Positions 15,286 through 25,743 of a DNA stretch of 64,000 nt are shown piece after piece; position 1 is the first letter of the stretch, and each line of letters opens with the position of its first letter. The notes under the pieces are model-generated. The model did no database searches. It was not told where the DNA came from and was given only the letters and a program-made list of their open reading frames with translations. Both the position numbers and the translations under genes were made by a program. The stretch spans positions 25,721 to 89,720 of the forward strand of contig CAZJFL010000006.1 of assembly GCA_964545575.1 (NCBI GenBank). Reading direction: 5' to 3'. This DNA is from an uncultured Planctomycetales bacterium. GTDB lineage: Bacteria > Omnitrophota > Gorgyraeia > Gygaellales > Profunditerraquicolaceae.

Positions 15286-16143
15286 ATGAAGAAATTATTT
15301 TCCTTGTCGGCATTATGTGCGTTATTTATATCAGTAGCCGGTTTAGCTACGCCAGCCTACGCTGGTAAATTTAACCTGAGTGCAGGAATAGGGATTGAAT
15401 ATATGAAGTATGAGGAACACTTTCCGGAGGATGCGTTAACCCCTTTTCCCGTAGATTCCGATGCCGAAGTGATCAATACCGTCGCTAGCGCTGTAGCCGA
15501 ATATACTTTCAATAATAAATTTTTTCTGGGAGCCAAGGGCGCAATCCCAGTCGGTAAAGGCGACGATACCGAAGAGTGGGAAGAGGCGGGTTTCCTTTTC
15601 CAGACTAATGACCTGGAGTACGGCTGGACGAGGGCTGATGCCTACGCCGGTTATACTTTCGCATTTCAAGGAGAAGATGTTATCGCTAACGAATTTTCTC
15701 CGTTTATAGGCATACGTTCTTCTTGGGCCAAGCAGGAGAGGAGTAATTTTGTAGTGGTGGGGGTTCCTACCCCCGGCCTTACGGCCACCGAAAAAATTAA
15801 TTCCTATGGGACGATCTTGGGCTTTAAGGCAGTAAATAGTTTATTCGATCAAAAGCTAGTCATCGGCACTAATTTTGAATGGGTTTTTCCTTTTGATGTG
15901 GAAGTTACTAACACAGCGATTCCCGGCATGGAGATAAATGCTAAAAAAGGATACACCTGGAAATTAGGGATAAGCGGGGCATATATTCTCTCCGAGCGTT
16001 GGTCAATTGGTAGCGAACTATATGGCGGCAGGATGCATTGGAAGGGAAGCGATTGGGTCCCCTATGGAATCGGTTTCGTAAAATGGCCGAGTAATGATAC
16101 CACCTATTTCGGCGGCAACGCGTCTTTGACCTATAAATTTTAA
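15286..16143 (+). CDS. Putative outer-membrane beta-barrel protein
   Basis: Signal peptide …ATPAYA↓. Alternating amphipathic strands. C-terminal …LTYKF with terminal Phe, an OMP signature. Confidence 0.6.
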   Translation: MKKLFSLSALCALFISVAGLATPAYAGKFNLSAGIGIEYMKYEEHFPEDALTPFPVDSDAEVINTVASAVAEYTFNNKFFLGAKGAIPVGKGDDTEEWEEAGFLFQTNDLEYGWTRADAYAGYTFAFQGEDVIANEFSPFIGIRSSWAKQERSNFVVVGVPTPGLTATEKINSYGTILGFKAVNSLFDQKLVIGTNFEWVFPFDVEVTNTAIPGMEINAKKGYTWKLGISGAYILSERWSIGSELYGGRMHWKGSDWVPYGIGFVKWPSNDTTYFGGNASLTYKF

Positions 16144-16177
16144 TTAGCTTAAGCATACTTTATTCCCCGTTAGTTTT

Positions 16178-16219
16178 ATCCCCTTTTTACGTTTATTAAA
16201 CGCAGAAAGGGGATTTTTT
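16178..16219 (+). terminator. Rho-independent terminator (ATCCCCTTT…AAAGGGGAT + T6)
   Basis: 9-bp stem and T-run downstream of the OMP gene. Confidence 0.6.
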
Positions 16220-16497
16220 ATCTCTAACTCGCCTTCCGGGAAGATCAGATTACCCTCTCTTTAGAAAGAATTCTTTAAAGCAAGGGACACTCTTACTTTG
16301 CCTTAAGAACCGTCCCTGAATTTAGGTGTTAGATTTTGCCACCCCTTGCGTCTATTATAGCAGGAGGGCGAAATGAAGCCAACCAAGCAGCTAATCCAAG
16401 AAACTAAGGTTATTTTAAATTAAGGATATCTGTAGCTCCAGAAAAACGACCAATAATAATCCGGTAATTGAGGCCAAGAGGTTAAAAAAAAGAAAGA

Positions 16498-17040
16498 GTG
16501 CAGGAAAGGCGGGTTATCCCGGATAGCGAATTATTCAAATTCTTTGAAGAGGCTAAGAAGAGAAGCGAGCGGGTAAATTGGTATGGGTATTTCGTAACTT
16601 TGTATATGACTTGCTCAAGAGTAAGCGAAATAACCTCCCTCAAGAAATCGCAGATTAAAAATGGTATTATACAATTTCATAAAACTAAAGCTAAACCAAA
16701 AGCCGTCTTTATACACCCTCAATTAAGGCCTATTTTAGAAGAGGCCATTAAACGCTCAAAGGTTGAGCTGGTATTTCCTAATATAAATGGGGAAGAGATA
16801 AACCGCAGGAAGATAAGGGATAGAATGATAGAGCTATGTCGCCTGGTCGGGATACCTAAGGCCACGCCACACGATTTAAGACATACTTTTGCCAGCAGAA
16901 TTGATATAGAAAGCTATGTAAAACAAAAGATAGGTGGTTGGGTTAATAAAAGAGTGCTGGAGGATACCTATAACCATCCGGCAGAGGATATTGTAAGACA
17001 GGCATATTTCGGGGTTGATTTAATGCCTAAGTCAGAATAA
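16498..17040 (+). pseudogene. Truncated tyrosine recombinase/integrase (catalytic domain only)
   Basis: Box I Arg (CSRVSE), HDLRHTFAS (H-x-x-R) and …GW…EDTYNH (catalytic Tyr) are present. The reading frame opens only 12 nt upstream of the GTG (TAA at 16483), so the roughly 100-aa N-terminal core-binding domain is absent. Confidence 0.65.
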
Positions 17041-17123
17041 ACGCCACACTAACGCCACAAGGGGTTGACTAAATGAATAAACTATATTATAATTCAAGGA
17101 GTTATCACAGAGGGGGTGCTTTA

Positions 17124-17135
17124 TCCCTCCCTCGG
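17124..17135 (+). repeat. att-like direct repeat of the tRNA-Phe 3' end (TCCCTCCCTCGG)
   Basis: 12/12 identity to 13560-13571, and 15/17 with flanks. Lies 84 nt past the integrase stop. Confidence 0.4.
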
Positions 17136-17148
17136 TACCACCTAAAAA

Positions 17149-17176
17149 GAGAGGGTTTTCATAACCCCTCTTTTTT
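17149..17176 (+). terminator. Rho-independent terminator (GAGGGTT-ttcat-AACCCCTC + T6)
   Basis: Hairpin plus T-run. Confidence 0.55.
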
Positions 17177-17426
17177 ATTATAGTTGTAGCGTAATGGGCT
17201 GTAATTTAAGTAGTTGCGGGGCCTGGTAAGTTTTTGCGGACCCCTTGATTCTTAGTGGCGCGTTAATAGCCACAGAATTATAATCTGTGAAGAGGCGATG
17301 GATGCATAGCCTTGGATATATTTCAAAAGTATTCTCATAAGTGCTTGCTTATGATATAATTGTCGAAAGCAGTTTCAATGAAAAAGATGATAGACAAAAA
17401 TTTCCTTTAATGCCCTAGAGGCAATC

Positions 17427-18173
17427 GTGTATATGTTAGAGAATATTTGTAAACAAGCTATATTTGAAGGAAAAAAAATTGATTTAACAGGCTGTAATTA
17501 TGGAAGCCGCGATTATGAATTTCCCCATCAGAAAGTGGATTTTATCGATACGCCATGTCCGTATTATTTTTTTCTCGCAGGCCTTGTTAGATCTCAAAGA
17601 TTGACCAATATATTAGAGATAGGAACGAATTGGGGAGGCTCTATCATGTCATTGAGCAGGGGATTACATAGTCAAGACCTCGGGAAAAGTAAACTGGTCA
17701 CAGTGGACATAACTTATGCGAATGAGGAAGGTTTTAAAAAGTATCCCCACATCAAAAGAATATACGGAGACGCGTTAAATAAAAAAGTGGTAAAGGAAGT
17801 TGTAGCGTGTTTCAACAAGGATATCGACTTAATGTTTATTGATTCGGTACACGAATATGAGCATGTAAAGCTGTGCCTATATATTTACGCTAATATGCTA
17901 AAACCAAAATATATAATTCTTGATGACATATGTTACAATTACTCGATGAGAAAGTTATGGTTAGAGTTAACGAAAGAATTCGGGAATAGAGCTTTTGATG
18001 CGACAGAAATAAGCATGAGAGAGCGGGAAGCGGGTCTCGGTATCATTGATTGGGGGCATGCTACTTGGCGATACCGGAAATATAAAATATATTGGATTAA
18101 AATGTGCTCTATAAAGATAAAAATTTTAAATCGTATTCTTACGCTTATCCCCAAATATGCCCATCCAATGTAG
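17427..18173 (+). CDS. Class I SAM-dependent methyltransferase-like protein (CmcI/Methyltransf_24-like)
   Basis: Motif I LEIGTNWGGS, acidic motif II VDI, motif IV FIDSVH. AT-rich codon usage continuous with the islet. Confidence 0.5.
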   Translation: MYMLENICKQAIFEGKKIDLTGCNYGSRDYEFPHQKVDFIDTPCPYYFFLAGLVRSQRLTNILEIGTNWGGSIMSLSRGLHSQDLGKSKLVTVDITYANEEGFKKYPHIKRIYGDALNKKVVKEVVACFNKDIDLMFIDSVHEYEHVKLCLYIYANMLKPKYIILDDICYNYSMRKLWLELTKEFGNRAFDATEISMREREAGLGIIDWGHATWRYRKYKIYWIKMCSIKIKILNRILTLIPKYAHPM

Positions 18174-18226
18174 AAACATCCCTAAATAAAACTAAACATC
18201 AATAAACATCCGGACAATCCAATTTA

Positions 18227-18253
18227 TTGACAATAAAGTTGTTATGTTATAAT
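18227..18253 (+). promoter_or_regulatory. Sigma70-like promoter (TTGACA-15-TGtTATAAT)
   Basis: Consensus -35 and extended -10 upstream of the oxidoreductase gene. Confidence 0.4.
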
Positions 18254-18393
18254 ATGTTGTATCGACGGCGCGTTTAGCTGCAGGCAAAGGCAGTTAAAAA
18301 GAGAGGTTTTTGTAGTTCTCCCTTTTTATTTACAGTAATGCATGATGCAGGTATACTATAAAGAATAAATAGTTAACTTTTCGGATAAATTTT

Positions 18394-19938
18394 ATGCTTA
18401 ACAATAATTATGATGTGATTGTAATCGGAGCGGGAATGGGCGGGCTGACCTGCGCCCTGAAATTGGCCGCAGCCGGCAAGAAGGTTTTAGTCCTAGAAAG
18501 GCAGCCGGCACCGGGAGGCATTGCCACAAGTTTTAAGCGCAACGGCTTTACTTTTGAGTCAGTACTGCATTATGTGGACGGGCTTGCTCCTGATGGCGAA
18601 ATACGGAATTTCCTAGATGAGCATGGCGTAAGCAAGAAGGTTGATTTTATAGAAGTAAAAGAATTCGGCAGGGTGATTTATCCGGAACATGATTTCCTGA
18701 TCAGGAACGATTTTGATTCCCTTAAGCTGTGGCTAAAAAGTAATTTCCCGCAGGATGAAGAGGGGATAGAAAGGTTCTTTCGCGATATAGATAAGTTTTA
18801 CCGACAGTTAGACCGTTTCGCAGAATCTAGGATCCCGGATTGGCTTAAACTTCTTCTCTCTCCGTTTATTTACCCCTCGATAATAAAGACATCCTGCCTT
18901 ACCTTAGAGCAGTTCATTACCAAGAGGATTAAAGATAAGCGGGCGCGCTCTATCATCGGTACCATCTGGGGTTTTCTCGGGCCTGCGCCTTCGGAAATAT
19001 CTGCGTTTTATTTTTTAATCGTATTCAGGGGCTGCTGGGGGGAAAGCACGGCGTTTATCAAAGGGGGCTTCAGCAGTTTATTTAATGCCATAGTAGAAAG
19101 AATCAGAGAGTTGGGTTCAGAGGTAAGATTTAATAGTGTGGTCAAAGAGATTATTACCGGACAAAACAGGCGTGTCCGGGGAGTGCGGACAATAGACGGC
19201 GAAGAATTTACGGCTTCTGCGGTGATTTCAAATGCCAACGCTCTCGATACGCTCGCCAAGCTCATTGATTGTGATCCGCTTAAGGAAGCCTATGCCCAAA
19301 AGCTTTCTTCGATGAAAAAATCGCTTTCCGGCACACAGCTTTATCTGGGATTAGATATTCCCATAACAACACTGGGGATGTCCCATATACTTATGTGCAT
19401 TAATACTACCTATGACCATGATCAGAATTGCAGGTATTGTATTTGCAGCGATTACCAACGCTGTAATCTCCTGGTGACGAGCCACTCCCAGCTTGACCCG
19501 GGATTAGCCCCATCTGAAAAATCTACGCTTTACGCGATGACTCTGGATAATTATGCAAACTGGGATAATCTGACACCGGAAGAGTACGAAAAGAAGAAAA
19601 AGGAGTTCGCCGATATTATTTTGGCGCGCCTGGAAAAATATCTACCGGGTATCTCGGGCCATATTGAGATTTTAGAAGTAGCTACTCCTAAGACAATGGA
19701 GAAATTTGGTTTGCTGGCAGAGGGAGCGTTGTATGGGTTTGCCCAGACCCCGGGGCAATCCAGCATCAACCGTCTCAGTCAGGAGACTAAAATTAAAGGC
19801 CTGTTTCTTGCCGGCGCCTGGACTCAGCCGGGTGCCGGAATACACGGTTGTCTTGTTTCGGGCCAAGATGCGGCGGATTCGGTTTTAAAATTACTTAAAA
19901 AAGCAAAAACCCAGCCCCCGCGTGCAGGGGCTGGGTAG
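18394..19938 (+). CDS. FAD-dependent oxidoreductase, phytoene-desaturase/amine-oxidase (CrtI-like) family
   Basis: N-terminal dinucleotide-binding motif DVIVIGAGMGGLTCALKLAAAGKKVLVLE. 514 aa. Confidence 0.75.
   Translation: MLNNNYDVIVIGAGMGGLTCALKLAAAGKKVLVLERQPAPGGIATSFKRNGFTFESVLHYVDGLAPDGEIRNFLDEHGVSKKVDFIEVKEFGRVIYPEHDFLIRNDFDSLKLWLKSNFPQDEEGIERFFRDIDKFYRQLDRFAESRIPDWLKLLLSPFIYPSIIKTSCLTLEQFITKRIKDKRARSIIGTIWGFLGPAPSEISAFYFLIVFRGCWGESTAFIKGGFSSLFNAIVERIRELGSEVRFNSVVKEIITGQNRRVRGVRTIDGEEFTASAVISNANALDTLAKLIDCDPLKEAYAQKLSSMKKSLSGTQLYLGLDIPITTLGMSHILMCINTTYDHDQNCRYCICSDYQRCNLLVTSHSQLDPGLAPSEKSTLYAMTLDNYANWDNLTPEEYEKKKKEFADIILARLEKYLPGISGHIEILEVATPKTMEKFGLLAEGALYGFAQTPGQSSINRLSQETKIKGLFLAGAWTQPGAGIHGCLVSGQDAADSVLKLLKKAKTQPPRAGAG
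19910..19935. terminator. Bidirectional terminator hairpin (CCCAGCCCC-cgcgtgca-GGGGCTGGG)
   Basis: 9-bp perfect stem between convergent genes. A-run on one side and T-run on the other. Confidence 0.55.
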
Positions 19939-19958
19939 TTTATCTGGTTGCTCTAAAT

Positions 19959-20159
19959 TTATATTCTGGTTACGTTGGTCGCTTGTTCTCCTTTGGGCCC
20001 TTGAGTGACCTCGAATTCTACTTCCTGGCCTTCTTCCAGGCTTTTATAGCCGTCACCTTTAATTGCGCTATAGTGCACAAACAGGTCTTTGCCGTCTTCG
20101 CTGGTGATAAAGCCATAACCCTTTTGGTTCGAAAACCACTTTACTTTGCCTTTTGCCAT
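19959..20159 (-). CDS. cspA: Cold-shock protein, CspA family
   Basis: 66 aa with RNP1 KGYGFI and RNP2 VHYS motifs. Long 5' UTR. Confidence 0.9.
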   Translation of the reverse strand: MAKGKVKWFSNQKGYGFITSEDGKDLFVHYSAIKGDGYKSLEEGQEVEFEVTQGPKGEQATNVTRI

Positions 20160-20345
20160 CAGTTACCTTTCACCTCCCCTCATAATGAAAAAACCGCAAA
20201 GCCCTTTTTTAAATTCTATGCTTTACGGTTTTAGAATTACCTGTATCTTTTATACTCATAAACTTTGTTCTGCTTAAAATGAGTATAGCAAGTTTTTAGG
20301 ATTTGTCAATGTTTTTTTAATACCGCTTCTGATAACGAGAATATA

Positions 20346-20374
20346 TTGACTTATTTTCTAAATTATTGTATAAT
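20346..20374 (+). promoter_or_regulatory. Sigma70 promoter TTGACT-17-TATAAT for rpsO-pnp
   Basis: Near-consensus hexamers. AGGAGG RBS at 20394. Confidence 0.55.
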
Positions 20375-20406
20375 ATTTTAACTTAAGAAGAAAGGAGGTA
20401 AAGGAA

Positions 20407-20676
20407 GTGGTTTTGGTAAAAGAAAGAAAAGGCAAGATTATAGACGATTTTAGGATTCATCCCAGGGATACCGGTTCGGCTGATGTCCAGATCGCGCTTT
20501 TGAGCGCAAGGATCAATAACCTGGGGGAGCATTTCAAGCAGCATAAAAAAGACTTCCATTCTCGTCGCGGCCTCTTAATGTTAGTCGGAAAGCGCCGCAG
20601 GCTTCTCAATTACCTCAAGAAAAAAGACGTCAAGAAATACGAAGAAGTCATCGAGAAACTTAGCTTACGAAAATAA
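20407..20676 (+). CDS. rpsO: 30S ribosomal protein S15
   Basis: GTG start, 89 aa. …[17 protein letters not shown]…HSRRGLL… is typical of S15. Confidence 0.9.
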   Translation: MVLVKERKGKIIDDFRIHPRDTGSADVQIALLSARINNLGEHFKQHKKDFHSRRGLLMLVGKRRRLLNYLKKKDVKKYEEVIEKLSLRK

Positions 20677-20703
20677 TCCTAAACATCACCCAATATAAAT
20701 ATT

Positions 20704-22794
20704 ATGCAGAATAATACCCTGAAAGTCAGATTCGGACGCGATGATTTAATCTTAGGCACTGGTACGGTTGCCAAACAGGCAAACGGCTCGGTAACGGTCC
20801 AGTACGGCGGGACTGTAGTTTTAGTCACTGCCTGTATGTCTGGTGAAGCAAAGGAAGGCCAGGATTTTTTCCCCCTCACCGTTGAGTATCAGGAGAAGAC
20901 ATACGCAGCCGGCAGGATTCCCGGAGGCTTCTTTAAGAGGGAGGGCCGTCCTTCGGAAAGCGAGATTTTAACCGCGAGGTTAATCGATCGGCCTATCCGG
21001 CCGCTCTTTCCCGACGGCATGTTTAATGAAGTGCAGATTATGGCGATTGTCTTATCCAGCGACGGAGAAAACGACCCCGATATCCTAGCCGTAATCGGCG
21101 CCTCAGCGGCTTTATCCATATCCGATATACCCTTTAGCGGCCCCTTGGCATGCTGCCGCGTGGGAAGAGTCAATAATGAGTTTGTCTTAAATCCTACTTA
21201 CGCACAGCTTGAGCTTTCGGATTTAGACCTGGTTTTAGTAGCGAATACCTTAGGTATCGTCATGCTTGAATCGAAGGCTAAAGAAGTGTCTGAAGAGATA
21301 TACCTGGAAGCGGTAAAATTCGGCTTTGAGAATACCAAAGATATAATGCATCTAGAGGAAGAGTTCGCCCGTAAATACGGCATCCCCAAGGCAGACGTTC
21401 AGCTTAAAAATATAGATCCTTCCCTGAAATCAAAGATTGAAGTTTTAGCTAAGGAGAAGCTGAAGAAAATATATCAGCTGAGCAAAAAGGAAGAGCGGGA
21501 AGAGGGGGTGGTTTTACTGGTTAAGGAATTAGAAGCCAGCCTCACCAACGAAGGGTATTTGCCCGCGGATATAAAAATGGCCTTGGTAGAAATAGAAAAA
21601 GAGCAGGTCAGGAATAAAATACTTAATGAAAATCTGCGCGTGGACGGGCGCGGCTTTGGCGATATCAGGCAGATCACCTGCGGCGTATCTGTTTTGCCGC
21701 GTACTCATGGCTCCAGCCTTTTTACCCGCGGCCAGACTCAGAGCTTGGCGATTACTACCCTTGGCACAGGAGAAGACGAGCAGCTGATTGAGGCGCTGGA
21801 GGGGAAAACATATAAATCTTTTATGTTGCATTATAGCTTTCCGCCTTTTAGCGTAGGCGAGACCGCGCCGGTGCGCGGGCCGGGCCGCAGGGAAATAGGC
21901 CACGGCGCGCTTGCGGAAAAATCGCTTCTGGCGGTAATGCCGGCAAAAGAAAAGTTTCCTTATACCATCAGGGTAGTTTCGGAGGTTTTAGAATCTAACG
22001 GCTCCTCGAGCATGGCGACAGTGTGTGCGGCGACTTTGTCGCTGATGGATGCCGGAGTCCCGATTAAGGATGCGGTGGCGGGTATTGCTTTGGGGCTGAT
22101 CAAAGAGGGTGATAAAGCTGCGATATTGACTGATATCGCCGGTTTAGAAGACCATTTCGGGGATATGGATTTTAAGGTTGCCGGGACTAAAACCGGAGTG
22201 ACTGCAGTGCAGATGGATTTAAAAATAAACGGCATCAGTATAGATTTATTGCGTTCCTGCCTCGCTCAGGCAAAAGAAGGCAGGCTTTTTATTCTGGATA
22301 AGATGAATGCTGCTTTGGCCGGCCCGCGCCAGGAGCTATCCAGCTATGCCCCGCGCATAGAAGTACTTAAAATAAATACCGAGAAGATCGGCGAACTGAT
22401 CGGCCCGGGCGGCAAGAATATCAAAGCGATAATTGCGGCAACCGGCGCCAGTATCGATATCAAAGATGACGGTACTGTCCTGGTCGGCTCTACTGAAGCG
22501 GCTAAGTCCGATGAGGCGATTAAGATGATCAAGGCCATCACCGATGATGTGGAGGTCGGCCGCATCTATATCGCCAAAGTAAAACGGATCATGCCCTTTG
22601 GCGCTTTCTGCGAGATCGCTCCGCGTAAAGAGGGGCTGGTGCATGTCTCCGAATTATCCAGCCGTTTTGTCAAAAGCGTAGAAGAGATAGTGAAAATCGG
22701 GGATGAAATCAAAGTCAAGGTCGTCGGCATAGATGAATTGGGCCGGATAAATTTAAGCAAGAAACAGGCAGAAGCAGATACAGACAGCAAGTGA
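20704..22794 (+). CDS. pnp: Polyribonucleotide nucleotidyltransferase (PNPase)
   Basis: Two RNase PH domains, then KH and S1 domains. Sits in the rpsO-pnp arrangement. Confidence 0.95.
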   Translation: MQNNTLKVRFGRDDLILGTGTVAKQANGSVTVQYGGTVVLVTACMSGEAKEGQDFFPLTVEYQEKTYAAGRIPGGFFKREGRPSESEILTARLIDRPIRPLFPDGMFNEVQIMAIVLSSDGENDPDILAVIGASAALSISDIPFSGPLACCRVGRVNNEFVLNPTYAQLELSDLDLVLVANTLGIVMLESKAKEVSEEIYLEAVKFGFENTKDIMHLEEEFARKYGIPKADVQLKNIDPSLKSKIEVLAKEKLKKIYQLSKKEEREEGVVLLVKELEASLTNEGYLPADIKMALVEIEKEQVRNKILNENLRVDGRGFGDIRQITCGVSVLPRTHGSSLFTRGQTQSLAITTLGTGEDEQLIEALEGKTYKSFMLHYSFPPFSVGETAPVRGPGRREIGHGALAEKSLLAVMPAKEKFPYTIRVVSEVLESNGSSSMATVCAATLSLMDAGVPIKDAVAGIALGLIKEGDKAAILTDIAGLEDHFGDMDFKVAGTKTGVTAVQMDLKINGISIDLLRSCLAQAKEGRLFILDKMNAALAGPRQELSSYAPRIEVLKINTEKIGELIGPGGKNIKAIIAATGASIDIKDDGTVLVGSTEAAKSDEAIKMIKAITDDVEVGRIYIAKVKRIMPFGAFCEIAPRKEGLVHVSELSSRFVKSVEEIVKIGDEIKVKVVGIDELGRINLSKKQAEADTDSK

Positions 22795-24986
22795 AAGAAA
22801 GAAGACTGAATGAAGTAAAAGGCGTAATCCTGGTGGCAATAGGGCTGATGGTCTTAGCCAGCCTGATTAAGTTTGAACGCCTGGATTTGCCGATTTACAC
22901 CTCCCACCCCAATATCCCCCCTCAGAATCTTCTCGGTATTTTCGGAGCCTATCTAGGCGGCATAATCATCGCTTTATTCGGCAGGCCGACCAGCTTCACG
23001 ATTCCTGTTTTCATTATACTACTGGGGGTTAAGTTTTTCCGCCAGCAAAGCCCGTATTTAAGCGTCGCCCGGATATTAGGGATGTTTATTCTGCTTTTAT
23101 CCATCTCTTCCCTGATCGGGATGTTCAATTTAAATCACGAACAGGCCAGGTTCTATACCGCCGGGCTCCTGGGTTCAGTCACCGCTAATTTTATCACTGC
23201 CTATTTTAGCCGTTTAGGCGGTTTCATTATTTTTATTACTTTTATTATCCTCTCTTTGGCGTTGGTTACCGAGATACTGATTTCCTCGCTATTCGCTAAT
23301 ATCGTCAATAAGTCTAAAGATCTTTGGGATTCCATCTTTAAGTTCACCCAAAGAGAAAAGACGGTTAAGGTCAAGCCGGCTTTTGCGGGTAACTCTAAGG
23401 TCTTAGAAAAAAAAGAACCGTTCCCGCCCCTAATTAAAACTAAGGTCTTGGCTCCTCAAGAGGCCTTAACTTCAAAGCCTAAGATTCTGATCAAGACTAA
23501 GCCGCCGGAGGCATTGCCGGAGGCAAAGGCCAGGCCAAAAGAAATAAAAATAGGCGACTATCACCTTCCCTCTCTGGATCTGCTGGATTCTCCGCCGCCT
23601 TTAGAAGCCAGGCAGATTAAGGATGATCTGACCGCTAATGCCGGTATCCTAGAGGAGACCTTGGAGGATTTCGGTATTTCGGTCAAGGTCACCGATATAG
23701 AGCGCGGCCCGGTGATCACCCGTTACGAACTTGAACCGGCGCCCGGAGTCAAGGTAAACCGTATTGTAGCTTTATCAGATGACATTGCTTTGACGATGAA
23801 AGCCCAGTCAGTCCGGATTGTGGCGCCTATTCCGGGGAAAAGCAGGGTGGGCGTGGAAGTGCCGAATACCCAGAGCAGCATCGTTTATTTAAAGGAAATT
23901 TTTGCCTCCAAAGGTTTTCAGGAGGCGGCTTCAAAACTAACTCTTGCCTTAGGTAAGGATATAGCGGGGCGGCCGGTGGTCACGAAATTAGATGATATGC
24001 CGCATCTTTTAATTGCCGGAACTACCGGTTCAGGAAAGACGGTCTGCGTAAACTGCCTGATTCTCTCTATGCTCTTTCGCGCGACACCCAATGAATTAAA
24101 AATGCTGATGATCGACCCTAAGATGGTGGAGATGGCGCCTTTTAACGGGCTGCCGCATCTTTTATGCCCGGTAGTCACTGATGCTAAGAAAGCGGCAGTG
24201 GCGCTGAACTGGGTGGTCAACGAAATGGAGGAGCGTTACCGGCTTCTGGCTAAAGCCGGGTCAAGGAATATCGAGGCCTATAATGAAAAACAGGAGAAGC
24301 TGCCTTATATTGTGGTGATTATAGATGAACTGGCGGATTTGATGACTGTTTCCCGCGACCATATCGAGAATGCGATTACCCGCCTGGCGCAGCTTTCCCG
24401 CGCAGTAGGCATACACCTGATTTTAGCTACGCAGCGGCCTTCGGTAGACGTAATTACCGGAGTGATCAAGGCGAACTTTCCGGCGCGCATCTCCTTTAAA
24501 GTCGCCTCCAAAGTAGATTCGCGCACCGTTCTGGATATGAACGGAGCGGATAAACTTTTAGGCAAAGGGGATATGTTATTCCTGCGCCCCGGAGAAGAAA
24601 AACTCATTCGCGCGCAGGGTTCCCTGGTTTCGGACAAAGAAATTGACAGAGTAGTGGAGTTTATTAAATCTCAGGCAGAGCCTATTTATGACGAAGAGAT
24701 TTTAAAAGAACAGCACAAATCGGTCCTGAGCAACGGAGAAAAAGACGACCTTTACGATGAGGCAGTAAGGGTGATTATGGAGAGCAACCAGGCCTCGGTG
24801 TCCATACTGCAGAGGCGGATGCGCTTAGGTTATACGCGCGCCGCGCGCATTATCGATACCATGGAGCAGGAGGGCTTAATCGGGCCTTTTGAAGGAAGTA
24901 AACCGCGCCGGATATTGGCGGACAGGGAAGTCTGGCTAAAAAAAGGCATAGCTGAAGAGGAGAGCGATGGAATCACCAGGGGCTAG
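22791..24986 (+). CDS. ftsK: DNA translocase FtsK/SpoIIIE
   Basis: N-terminal TM domain and a Pro-rich linker. Motor domain with Walker A GTTGSGKT and a gamma (winged-helix) C-terminus. Confidence 0.9.
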   Translation: MKERRLNEVKGVILVAIGLMVLASLIKFERLDLPIYTSHPNIPPQNLLGIFGAYLGGIIIALFGRPTSFTIPVFIILLGVKFFRQQSPYLSVARILGMFILLLSISSLIGMFNLNHEQARFYTAGLLGSVTANFITAYFSRLGGFIIFITFIILSLALVTEILISSLFANIVNKSKDLWDSIFKFTQREKTVKVKPAFAGNSKVLEKKEPFPPLIKTKVLAPQEALTSKPKILIKTKPPEALPEAKARPKEIKIGDYHLPSLDLLDSPPPLEARQIKDDLTANAGILEETLEDFGISVKVTDIERGPVITRYELEPAPGVKVNRIVALSDDIALTMKAQSVRIVAPIPGKSRVGVEVPNTQSSIVYLKEIFASKGFQEAASKLTLALGKDIAGRPVVTKLDDMPHLLIAGTTGSGKTVCVNCLILSMLFRATPNELKMLMIDPKMVEMAPFNGLPHLLCPVVTDAKKAAVALNWVVNEMEERYRLLAKAGSRNIEAYNEKQEKLPYIVVIIDELADLMTVSRDHIENAITRLAQLSRAVGIHLILATQRPSVDVITGVIKANFPARISFKVASKVDSRTVLDMNGADKLLGKGDMLFLRPGEEKLIRAQGSLVSDKEIDRVVEFIKSQAEPIYDEEILKEQHKSVLSNGEKDDLYDEAVRVIMESNQASVSILQRRMRLGYTRAARIIDTMEQEGLIGPFEGSKPRRILADREVWLKKGIAEEESDGITRG

Positions 24987-25743
24987 ACTTAAAAAAATAC
25001 GTTTGGAAAAAGGCTTAAGCCTGCAAGAGGTGCATAAGAAGACCAAGGTCCATTTGAACATCTTAAAGGCCATAGAAGAAGACGGCCTGGTCAGCCTCAA
25101 CCCCGTCTACACGAAAGGGTTTTTAAAGATCTACTGTAAGTTTTTAGGCACAGACCCGCGTGATTTTATTTCGGATTATAAAGAACCGCGCAGCCACGCT
25201 AAGATCGCCGAGGATTTATCCGAAAGGAAAAACCCCCAGGCGCCTTTATTGAAGACCGCCTCTTTTAGGCTCAAAACTTTTCGGCCGCAGATCAGCTTAA
25301 AGTCCGTAATTATATTTATTTTGGCCGTAATTTTTATCGTGTTTTTATTTAAATTACCGAAAATAATTTTCTCCCGGCGCGCTCCCGCGCTTCCTAAGAA
25401 TAATCCGCCTATCGTAGTCCTGCCTAAAAAAATAGAGAAGACCGCGCAGACAGTTTCTGTGCAGAAGGTCCCCGCGGCAAGCGAGGTGAGGCTGGGGATA
25501 TGGGCGAAAGAGAATTGCCTGGTAAAGGTCAAGCTCGACGGGCATCTGATGATGGACCGCGTTTTTAAGAAAGGCACGCGCGAAAGTTGGACCGCCAAGG
25601 AAAAAATAGAGCTTTCTTTAGGCAATGCCACAGCGGTAGAGCTGGAAGTAAACGGCAGGATTATACCGCCTGTAGGCAGAAAAGGCCAGCCGGCCAGAAA
25701 CATAGTCATCACCAAGAGTGGTTTAATCAATATTCCCCGATGA
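24967..25743 (+). CDS. rodZ: RodZ-like cytoskeleton protein (HTH_XRE + TM + DUF4115)
   Basis: N-terminal HTH, a single TM segment and a C-terminal beta-rich domain. Confidence 0.6.
   Translation: MESPGARLKKIRLEKGLSLQEVHKKTKVHLNILKAIEEDGLVSLNPVYTKGFLKIYCKFLGTDPRDFISDYKEPRSHAKIAEDLSERKNPQAPLLKTASFRLKTFRPQISLKSVIIFILAVIFIVFLFKLPKIIFSRRAPALPKNNPPIVVLPKKIEKTAQTVSVQKVPAASEVRLGIWAKENCLVKVKLDGHLMMDRVFKKGTRESWTAKEKIELSLGNATAVELEVNGRIIPPVGRKGQPARNIVITKSGLINIPR

Larger units (their letters stand above)
13574..17135. mobile_element. Degenerate tRNA-Phe-associated genomic islet (about 3.5 kb)
   Basis: It starts at the tRNA 3' end and ends at a 12-nt direct repeat of that end (TCCCTCCCTCGG at 17124-17135). 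Visibly more AT-rich than flanks. Carries a truncated tyrosine integrase at the distal end and small secreted, membrane and OMP genes. Confidence 0.45.

Noticed and set aside
25587-25739. Upstream start (25587) for rimO overlapping 150 nt of rodZ
   Set aside because: The N-terminal extension is in a different frame over the rodZ CDS and has no RimO homology. The ATG at 25740 overlaps the rodZ stop in a classic ATGA coupling.
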